A stretch of 39,106 bases of DNA, from contig JALVRO010000141.1 in the NCBI GenBank assembly GCA_027031265.1, positions 1 through 39,106 of the forward strand, written 5' to 3'. Origin of the DNA: Bacteroidales bacterium. GTDB lineage: Bacteria; Bacteroidota; Bacteroidia; Bacteroidales; S143-33. The position numbers were made by a program, and so were the translations under genes. The notes beneath the pieces were generated by a model. It was not told where the DNA came from, ran no database searches, and worked only from the letters and a program-made list of their open reading frames with translations. This document shows positions 19,195-26,854 of the stretch, piece after piece (the stretch's first letter is position 1; the number at the start of each line of letters is the position of its first letter).

Positions 19195-20718
19195 ATGAGG
19201 AAGATTTTTACAGTATTTTTAGGATTAATGTTTTTTTTGTCTGCATGGACACAGGATGATTCATTGATAACGAGTCAAGTTGTTGAGAATCTTGATGAGT
19301 TGATGGGTTTGTGGTATGTGCGCAACCCACATGATACTTTTGTAAGCAGTACAGGGTTGGATCATAAGCTTGAGACGCCTGATTCTGTTATTGTACAACG
19401 TCTGCATTATATTCCCACAAGTATTCCATTGACATTTAATTATCGTGTTAGACGCTGGATAGATTTTTACCTGAAACAAGAGCAAGCTTTACCTACCTTT
19501 CTGGGGCTGGGAAGAGTGTATTTCCCTATCTTTGAGCAGATTCTGGATAAATATGGTTTGCCATTAGAGCTTAAATATTTACCTGTGATAGAGTCGGCTT
19601 TTAATATCAGGGCACGCTCGCGTGCAGGAGCTGTGGGACTATGGCAGATTATGTATGGCACAGGAAAATTATATGGTCTTGAGATAAATAGCCTGGTGGA
19701 TGAACGTATGGATCCCTACAAAGCCACAGATGCCGCTGCTAGAATTTTGAAAGATCTGTATGATAAGTACCATAATTGGTATTTGGCCCTGGCTGCATAT
19801 AATGCAGGGCCAGGAAATGTGAATAAGGCTATCAGGCGTTCGGGAGGTAAGACTGATTTCTGGCAGATTTATCCATACCTGCCAAGAGAAACAAGGGGAT
19901 ATGTGCCAGGATTTATTGCTGTTGTTTATTTGATGAATTACGCCACAGAACATAATTATTACCCACGCAATCCAGGTTTTGCCCTTGCGGCGGACACAGT
20001 AATGGTTAATGATACTCTCCACCTGAAGCAGGTAGCACAGGTCCTTAACATACCTTTGCAACAGTTGCGTGATCTTAATCCACAGTATAAACTCGATATC
20101 ATACCAGGCCATATTAAGCCTTATCCATTGCGTTTGCCAGTTAATAAGGTGTTGAATTTTATAACATTAGAAGATTCTATTTATCATTACAAGGATTCTG
20201 TATTTTTCCCCAAAAATGTGATTGTCAGTGTTAATACTCGTTCGTATTATGCTAGAGGGTATTCCAGACCCACACCATGTTATACCAATACCAGGGGTAA
20301 GGTGAAACTTTATTACAGAGTCAAACCTGGCGACACTTTTGGTTTTATAGCAGATTGGTATGACGTTACTATTCGTGAGCTCAAGTGCTGGAATAATCGC
20401 TGGTCTAACCGTCTGCGTGTTGGTGAAAGACTCGTGGTCTATGTGCCTGCCAGCAAGGTAAGCCTGTATAAAAAGATTAATAGCCTTAGCTTTGAGCAAA
20501 AACAGAGGCTCACAGGTACACCAATAGTTAATACCAGTAAGCCCAAAGATCCGAATTATGTATATTATCAGATACGCAGGGGTGAGAGTCTTTATACCAT
20601 AGCACGCCGTTTTCCTGATATTTCCTACAGTGACCTGGTCAAGATAAACGGTTTCACAGATTACGAGGTAAGGCACTTAAAGCCAGGCCAGTGGATAAAA
20701 ATAAAAAAGAAAGATTAA
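19195..20718 (+). CDS. mltD: Membrane-bound lytic murein transglycosylase D-like (SLT + LysM domains)
   Basis: LPVIESAF catalytic Glu, AGAVGLWQIM, LAAYNAGPGNV, LPRETRGYVP; LysM repeats YRVKPGDT and YQIRRGESLYTIA. Confidence 0.92.
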   Translation: MRKIFTVFLGLMFFLSAWTQDDSLITSQVVENLDELMGLWYVRNPHDTFVSSTGLDHKLETPDSVIVQRLHYIPTSIPLTFNYRVRRWIDFYLKQEQALPTFLGLGRVYFPIFEQILDKYGLPLELKYLPVIESAFNIRARSRAGAVGLWQIMYGTGKLYGLEINSLVDERMDPYKATDAAARILKDLYDKYHNWYLALAAYNAGPGNVNKAIRRSGGKTDFWQIYPYLPRETRGYVPGFIAVVYLMNYATEHNYYPRNPGFALAADTVMVNDTLHLKQVAQVLNIPLQQLRDLNPQYKLDIIPGHIKPYPLRLPVNKVLNFITLEDSIYHYKDSVFFPKNVIVSVNTRSYYARGYSRPTPCYTNTRGKVKLYYRVKPGDTFGFIADWYDVTIRELKCWNNRWSNRLRVGERLVVYVPASKVSLYKKINSLSFEQKQRLTGTPIVNTSKPKDPNYVYYQIRRGESLYTIARRFPDISYSDLVKINGFTDYEVRHLKPGQWIKIKKKD

Positions 20719-22349
20719 TGCAGGACAGATCTGAAATATTTCATAATGCTGTCAGAGAGGTTATTCCGTCCTGGCAGGGCGAAAGTGATAACCGTTATGA
20801 CCAGATACGATTCCTCAATTTTTCTTATTACATGATTGATGCTTTGCCAGAGGAGGTAGCCAGATGCTATAATCTGGAAGAGATAGAGCTTATTAACACA
20901 TATATTTACCACTGGAGTGAAACATTTGAGATACTCCGCAAGCTACCAGGACTTAGCAGGATAAAGATAACGATTCCTTCGGCTTATGTGTTACCAGATG
21001 ATTTTCTGGACAGGATTGTGTGGCTGGAGATAAAACCATATCAAAGCGAGGCATTTTTCCCTAAGGTCCAGAAAGGAGTAGAGATAATGGATCTGCGGGA
21101 TAAGTTTCTTAGCATTGACACATTTTTTAAGTTTAATGAGAAAATTTTTAATCTGCCAAATCTGGAATATCTGAGCCTTGGATCATTAAATCTAGAGACC
21201 CTACCAGAACAAATAGGCAATCTAAAGGCATTGCGCAAACTGGATCTGACTTATTGTTCATTGCGCAGTCTTCCCTCCAAAATAGGACAGCTCACAAATC
21301 TGGAAGAGCTATATTTACAGTTTAATGATCTGGAAGAAGTGCCTTTAGAATTAAGCATGCTTGAGAATCTAAAAGTGCTTGACCTGACGTCTAATTATTT
21401 GCAATATTTACCAGACCTGAGTAATCTGGTACATTTGAGGGAATTGTATCTATCAGAGAATCAGTTTAATGTGTTTCCTGAGTTTTTGTTGAACATCACA
21501 GGTCTGGAAATACTCAATCTATCGGGTAATTATATCAAAGCATTACCAGAAAATATTAATAAACTTCAGAGCCTTCGAATACTTGATGTCTCGGGTAACA
21601 AGTTGTCTACCCTACCTGGGAACTTTGTTTTTCCAAAACTCGAAGAATTATATTTATCGCGTAATAAAATTACACATTTGCCTGGAGGTTTCGTTGCAAA
21701 TAATACCATGACAATCCTAGAGATAGCTGGTAATATGCTTGAGGCATTGCCTGATGATTTCGGTAAATTATACCGTCTGGCCAGGCTAGACCTTAGCGAA
21801 AATAGAATTATTTCGTTGCCAGAGTCATTTGTTTTCTTGCAGCACCTGGGAGAGCTTAATCTCTCTGGTAATGGGCTAACAGATTTGCCAGAGCAGTTTG
21901 TATCCCTCAGATCATTGAAAGTTTTGTATCTAGCTTATAATCAGCTGTATGGCTTGCCAGATCTTCCTTTCTCCCTGTTGAAGTTGGTTTTGTCATTCAA
22001 CCGTTTTGAGCAAATGCCAGAGACAATAGGTAAGTTGCTGTATCTGACAGAGCTTTACCTGGATCATAACCAGCTGATGAGTGTATCGGGACAGATTGGT
22101 AAATTGCGTTCTCTTATTGTCCTGAACCTGAGTGATAATAATATAAAACAGCTGCCGCCACAGATAGGATTCCTGGACAATCTAGATGAGCTAAATATTA
22201 GTAATAACCCTGTGGAAAATATTCCTGAAGAGATAAACCAGCTTCCTTCGAATTTATACTTTTATGCTGTACGTACTCACCTGTCTGACCAGCAGAAAGA
22301 TCAGCTAAAGCAGCTAGCTAAGAAAAAGAATTGGGTGTTGTTGATCTAA
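20718..22349 (+). CDS. Leucine-rich repeat protein (543 aa from the ATG at 20718)
   Basis: About 16 tandem 22-23-aa LxxLxLxxNxLxxLPxxIG repeats. The TAATG stop/start overlap with mltD favours 20718 over the GTG at 20691. Confidence 0.92.
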   Translation: MQDRSEIFHNAVREVIPSWQGESDNRYDQIRFLNFSYYMIDALPEEVARCYNLEEIELINTYIYHWSETFEILRKLPGLSRIKITIPSAYVLPDDFLDRIVWLEIKPYQSEAFFPKVQKGVEIMDLRDKFLSIDTFFKFNEKIFNLPNLEYLSLGSLNLETLPEQIGNLKALRKLDLTYCSLRSLPSKIGQLTNLEELYLQFNDLEEVPLELSMLENLKVLDLTSNYLQYLPDLSNLVHLRELYLSENQFNVFPEFLLNITGLEILNLSGNYIKALPENINKLQSLRILDVSGNKLSTLPGNFVFPKLEELYLSRNKITHLPGGFVANNTMTILEIAGNMLEALPDDFGKLYRLARLDLSENRIISLPESFVFLQHLGELNLSGNGLTDLPEQFVSLRSLKVLYLAYNQLYGLPDLPFSLLKLVLSFNRFEQMPETIGKLLYLTELYLDHNQLMSVSGQIGKLRSLIVLNLSDNNIKQLPPQIGFLDNLDELNISNNPVENIPEEINQLPSNLYFYAVRTHLSDQQKDQLKQLAKKKNWVLLI

Positions 22350-22359
22350 ATATAGTGAT

Positions 22360-23022
22360 ATGAGGAAGCTGTTGATTATATTCATGGTCCTGTTGGTGTT
22401 TCCGGCATGTTCGCCATATTACCATGGTACTGGTGCCCGAAAGTATATTTTTTCGCAGCCAGATACAATGGTCTATACATGGGTATCCCGGAATGATTCA
22501 TTAATTGATACTTCTACTGTGATGATTTACAGACATGGGGATACGGTTTTTTCAATAACCTATGCCTTTGATTCAACGCTGGCTATTTACAGGAATTATT
22601 TGATAAAGCCCGAAGGTCTGGAATTATTCCAGTATTTTCACCTGACTAATAATTTAATAATGTTTTATCAGATTAAGCAAGGAATGGAATTTAGCTTTGA
22701 CTCCAGACATGTGGGTAAGAAAAGGGAAAAATCAGTATTTAATTGGCCAGAACGTAAATTATATCTAGCAGAGATGACTAAGAGTATTGGAAGCCAGCTG
22801 GATACAATTACACTGGGCGATAGTATTCTACCAGTGCTTCGTGTGGATTTAAAATATCATTTTGTTAATAAAGACAGGAATAGCAGGGAGTCTAATGCTG
22901 ATCTGCCGGGTAAGATGAGTTATTACATTTATCCAGGACTAGGGGTTATATATATGACCGAGAGTCCTGGTTATGTTGAGGAAGTTATAAAAATCCAGAA
23001 ATATCAAAACCAGGAGCCATGA
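22360..23022 (+). CDS. Hypothetical lipoprotein
   Basis: MRKLLIIFMVLLVFPA|C lipobox-like signal, beta-rich body, ATGA overlap with yicC. Confidence 0.75.
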   Translation: MRKLLIIFMVLLVFPACSPYYHGTGARKYIFSQPDTMVYTWVSRNDSLIDTSTVMIYRHGDTVFSITYAFDSTLAIYRNYLIKPEGLELFQYFHLTNNLIMFYQIKQGMEFSFDSRHVGKKREKSVFNWPERKLYLAEMTKSIGSQLDTITLGDSILPVLRVDLKYHFVNKDRNSRESNADLPGKMSYYIYPGLGVIYMTESPGYVEEVIKIQKYQNQEP

Positions 23023-23891
23023 TCTATTCAATGACAGGATTCGGTCGTAGTGAATACCAGGACGAGAAGATCTATGTCAGGGTTGATATAAAATCGGTTA
23101 ATAGCAAAGCATTTGATCTGAAACTAAAATTACCTGTGGATTATTACCACAAAGATCCAGTATTGAGGAGCTATTTACAACAAAAACTTGTTCGCGGGAA
23201 AATAGAGTGTTTCATAACACTAGAAAGACAGGATATCGTTCCTTATGAAATAAATCAAAGCATTGGAGAACAGTATTTCCAGGCTATACAATCCCTGGCT
23301 AAAAAATTGGGGTATAACCCCAAAAGAATAAACATGATAGAGACCATTATGCGCTTGCCAGATATACTCAGGCCAGGCCGCGCAGAAGGCGATGAGCAGA
23401 CATGGGAAAAAGTGGTGGAAACAATAGATCAGGCAATAGTACAGTTGATTTCTTTCCGACGGCAGGAAGGTCTGGCTCTGGAAAAGGATCTGCTCAAGCG
23501 TGTGGAACTAATCGAGACTTACCTTTCACAGGTACCACAGTATGAAAAAGAAAGAATAGAAAAGGTCAAAGAACGCCTGCTGACAGCGTTAAGCGAGCTG
23601 AAAGTGGACCACGACAGGGAACGTTTTGAGCAGGAAATGATTTATTATCTCGAGAAATATGACATTACAGAAGAAAAGGTGCGCCTGCAGAATCATATAG
23701 ATTATTTTCGTCAGACAATCAGCGAAAATACTGCCACAGCAGGTAAGTCCCTGACATTTATCTCACAGGAGATGGGCAGGGAAATTAACACAATGGGTTC
23801 CAAGGCTAATCATTTTGCAATACAGCAGCTCGTGGTAAAGATGAAAGATGAACTGGAAAAGATAAAAGAACAACTGGCTAACGTTTTATAA
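23019..23891 (+). CDS. yicC: YicC/YloC family endoribonuclease
   Basis: MIYSMTGFGR, KSVN, RGKIE, DITEEKVRLQNH, QEMGREINTMGSKAN, KDELEKIKEQLANVL. Confidence 0.95.
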   Translation: MIYSMTGFGRSEYQDEKIYVRVDIKSVNSKAFDLKLKLPVDYYHKDPVLRSYLQQKLVRGKIECFITLERQDIVPYEINQSIGEQYFQAIQSLAKKLGYNPKRINMIETIMRLPDILRPGRAEGDEQTWEKVVETIDQAIVQLISFRRQEGLALEKDLLKRVELIETYLSQVPQYEKERIEKVKERLLTALSELKVDHDRERFEQEMIYYLEKYDITEEKVRLQNHIDYFRQTISENTATAGKSLTFISQEMGREINTMGSKANHFAIQQLVVKMKDELEKIKEQLANVL

Positions 23892-23901
23892 TCACCTGTA
23901 T

Positions 23902-24981
23902 ATGGAACGCTACCTTTCCCTGGGCATAATGTCCGGCACATCTTTAGACGGTCTGGATCTGGCTTTGTGCGAGTTTCGGTATGAGAGAAGCATGAAGCAC
24001 ACAAGCGATGATAAAACTGAGGGATCATGGTCTTTTCAGATTCTCGAGGCCAGGACAGTGCCTTATCCCAGGGAATTAGCTTTGGAGCTACGGAAAGCGC
24101 AGAAGGGAAGTGCTTTGAATCTTATTGCTTTGCATAAACGCTATGGCAAGTTTATAGCGGAGAAAGTAAATGAATTTCTGGTGGGCAAGAGCAGACCAAT
24201 GCTCATAGCCTCGCATGGACACACGGTTTTTCACTACCCAGATGCAGGGATAAATTTTCAGATTGGTGATGGTGCTATTATTGTCTCGCTGACAGGCCTG
24301 CCTGTGGTGTGCGATTTCCGTTCGCAGGATATTGCCCTGGGTGGCCAGGGAGCACCTCTGGTGCCAGCCGGGGATTATTTTTTATTCCCCGGCTACAATA
24401 TCCTGCTTAACCTGGGCGGATTTTCCAATGTGACGATTCGTAATCGGATGATAGCCTTTGATATTTCGCCAGTTAATTATGCCTTGAATTATTTTGCCCG
24501 TCAGTTTGGATTGGAATTTGACCGAGATGGACAGCTAGGACGAAAAGGCAAGGTATACCCCCCTTTGCTTGACCAGCTTAACAATCTGGATTATTACTCC
24601 ATGGAGCCACCTAAATCTTTGTCAGACCACTGGTTTTATAACGAATTTTTGCAAGTTCTGGAAGCACATAAAATAGACATTATGGACAAGTTCGCCACTG
24701 TGTACCATCACATTGCGTGGCAGATTGCCAGTGTGGTTAACCAGGAAAAAGGACGTGTGCTGGTCACAGGTGGTGGCGCAAAGAATAAGTATTTGATAGA
24801 GTTGATCAGGTCACAGGTTAAAAATGAAGTCATTATTCCAGACCCACTTCTGGTAGATTTTAAGGAGGCTATGGTCTTTGCATTCCTTGGACTATTGCGC
24901 TGGCTGGGGAAGGAGAATGTTTTTTCCTCTTTTACAGGTGCTGGGCGTAATAGCATCAGTGGTGCTGTTTATTTGCCATAA
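23902..24981 (+). CDS. anmK: Anhydro-N-acetylmuramic acid kinase
   Basis: GIMSGTSLDGLD, ASHGHTVFH, DFRSQDIALGGQGAPLVP, LNLGGFSN, TGGGAKN, KEAMVFAFLG. Confidence 0.95.
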   Translation: MERYLSLGIMSGTSLDGLDLALCEFRYERSMKHTSDDKTEGSWSFQILEARTVPYPRELALELRKAQKGSALNLIALHKRYGKFIAEKVNEFLVGKSRPMLIASHGHTVFHYPDAGINFQIGDGAIIVSLTGLPVVCDFRSQDIALGGQGAPLVPAGDYFLFPGYNILLNLGGFSNVTIRNRMIAFDISPVNYALNYFARQFGLEFDRDGQLGRKGKVYPPLLDQLNNLDYYSMEPPKSLSDHWFYNEFLQVLEAHKIDIMDKFATVYHHIAWQIASVVNQEKGRVLVTGGGAKNKYLIELIRSQVKNEVIIPDPLLVDFKEAMVFAFLGLLRWLGKENVFSSFTGAGRNSISGAVYLP

Positions 24982-25344
24982 GACTATACCTTTGGACTGA
25001 TGATAAAAAATTTTTATTCTTTTCTCTGTGCTAAAATCTCTGTTCATTTTTGTATCCTATAGTTAAATCCTATGGGATATTATACCAAACACCAGATAAA
25101 TCGGGACAGGATATGCCGATGCTACAGACAAATTGTCCAATTAGCTTAAAGCTGTTTGCATTATGTGTTTGTTAAATAATGCATTATACAAAAAGTTAAT
25201 CCGTATTATTGGACTATATTGTGTGTCAAATCGGTATTATTTTGCTAAACCTTTGAAGAAATATTATAAAACATTCTTTTTACTGCTTTACATCAGAGAA
25301 GATTTGTTTAAAAAGTTTAATATTTAATATAAAAAGCTGTGAAA

Positions 25345-25818
25345 ATGAGAGGGTTACTTAAACTAACAGGTTTACTGTTCGCAACAATATTGATACTAGT
25401 ATTTACAAGTTGCGAAAAATTTGAAATATCCGGAGAAGAAACACTGGTAGTAAAAAAAATAACATATTCCGGTTGTAAAAGTTCTAACAAAAAATCATTA
25501 AAAACAGAGACCATAACACTGAAAGCAATCAATGATAATGAACTAAAAATAACTCATAGTAATGTTGTTTTCCCCTGTTGTCCTAATGGTGAATTAAAAG
25601 CAGAGGCTTACCGGTCCAATGATACAATTTTTTTGAATGAATATTATACTGATATCTCTTGTGATTGTCTTTGTCCTTATGATCTGGAATATACAATAGG
25701 AAAACTTGATTATGGCAAATATACTGTGGTTCTGAAAATTTATAATCACGAGCATTTTACCTTTAAATTTAATTTTAATCCAAACACTGATAAAACAATA
25801 ACTATCAGAAATAATTAA
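25345..25818 (+). CDS. Hypothetical Cys-rich lipoprotein (start ATG 25345 or GTG 25339)
   Basis: FTS|C lipobox; motifs SGCK, PCCP, SCDCLCPYDLEYTI; AT-rich composition. Confidence 0.8.
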   Translation: MRGLLKLTGLLFATILILVFTSCEKFEISGEETLVVKKITYSGCKSSNKKSLKTETITLKAINDNELKITHSNVVFPCCPNGELKAEAYRSNDTIFLNEYYTDISCDCLCPYDLEYTIGKLDYGKYTVVLKIYNHEHFTFKFNFNPNTDKTITIRNN

Positions 25819-25819
25819 G

Positions 25820-26149
25820 ATGGGGAGATTAATTAGAGTAACAGATGCAGCATTGTTTTTTATAATAACTGTTTTGCTATTTAGCTTCATCTCCTGTAAT
25901 AATAAAATGAGTGAAATAAAAAAGGATGAAGCTGTTATAATTTACGACGGAGACCCTGCGGTTGATGGTTATGGATGGTTTTTGTCTATAAATGAGATGA
26001 AATATAAACCTATAGAATTAGACACGGAATTTTGCAAGGACGGATTAATTGTAAATGTTAAATATCAATTATTGGATACTAAATGGTCTTGTAATTGGCA
26101 AAGGAAAGAATATCCTCTAATAAAAATTATTGATATTGCTAAAGAATAA
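25820..26149 (+). CDS. Hypothetical small lipoprotein
   Basis: Hydrophobic N-terminus with FIS|C lipobox; starts 1 nt after the previous stop. Confidence 0.75.
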   Translation: MGRLIRVTDAALFFIITVLLFSFISCNNKMSEIKKDEAVIIYDGDPAVDGYGWFLSINEMKYKPIELDTEFCKDGLIVNVKYQLLDTKWSCNWQRKEYPLIKIIDIAKE

Positions 26150-26155
26150 GGAATT

Positions 26156-26420
26156 ATGAAGTACATTAGATTACGGTATTCCTTATGAAGTTGTTGTTGA
26201 AGTTGGTGGATTTATAATACCAGCTAATGATACTTTAAAAATTGAATATCCCCGGTTAGGCGGAATACTTTGGAGTGAAAAATATTCTTTTTTAGCAAAC
26301 GAAAATACAAATCCTCCATTGCCTAAAGGCTATTATTACACAGCATTCTTGCAATCATTCAAAATCGGAGATATTCAAACAGAAGAAAAACATTTTAGAA
26401 TAAATTTCACTGTCAAATAA
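26156..26420 (+). pseudogene. Probable gene remnant (start and C-terminus in different frames)
   Basis: The ATG at 26156 gives only MKYIRLRYSL*. The +1 frame 26160-26420 is open for 86 codons and reads like protein (STLDYGIPYEVVVEVGGFIIPANDTLKIEYP...PPLPKGYYYTAF...HFRINFTVK*) but has no ATG. Confidence 0.6.
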
Positions 26421-26780
26421 CAACTCTGACCACCTACAGACTCATAGCACAGTTATAATCAAAAAATATTTTACAACAGTTTTTTGTTTAACATATCTGA
26501 GTTTGCTAACAAAAATTTAATAATATTCTTTCCTTTCTATATCGTTTTTTATAAACCTTTGGACAGGCACTTGACCGGAACCCTGGAGGAGATTTATAAT
26601 TTTTTAAAACTCAAATTAATAAAATACAAGCAAGTCTGTCTATGTGTATCTAGACACGCATCGATATTTTATCTGCTGGTTTTCAGTGGAGAAGGGTAGT
26701 ATTGCTCATTGTTTTCTGTACTTTGTATAAAAAAAATATTTTTTTGTTATTGCGGAATTGCTGTTTACCAGGCATTTGAT

Positions 26781-26810
26781 TTTGATTTGTTACAAAAAAA
26801 ATTATCTTTG
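26781..26810 (+). promoter_or_regulatory. Bacteroidota primary-sigma promoter of ileS (TTTG-N18-TATCTTTG)
   Basis: TATCTTTGCA starting at 26803 and TTTG at 26781-26784; 44 nt before the ATG. Confidence 0.7.
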
Positions 26811-26854
26811 CAACATTTGAAAAGTAGTATTAAAATGTTTAAATCATTGATACG

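Noticed and set aside
20691-20717. GTG start extension of the LRR gene
   Set aside because: It lies inside the mltD 3' end; the TAATG coupling at 20718 is a better start.
26414-26458. TAAC...GTTATAA after the pseudogene as an integron attC-like site
   Set aside because: Too short, lacks internal L-box complementarity, is not repeated after the other islet genes, and no integrase is present.
26484-26699. 71-aa TTG-start ORF upstream of ileS
   Set aside because: Low-complexity F/I/L/K translation of AT-rich DNA with no motif; probably non-coding, though not excluded.
26560-26854. T-box riboswitch upstream of ileS
   Set aside because: No T-box (AAnnnGGGTGGnACC) sequence; the predicted promoter leaves only about 40 nt of leader; T-boxes are not typical of Bacteroidota.
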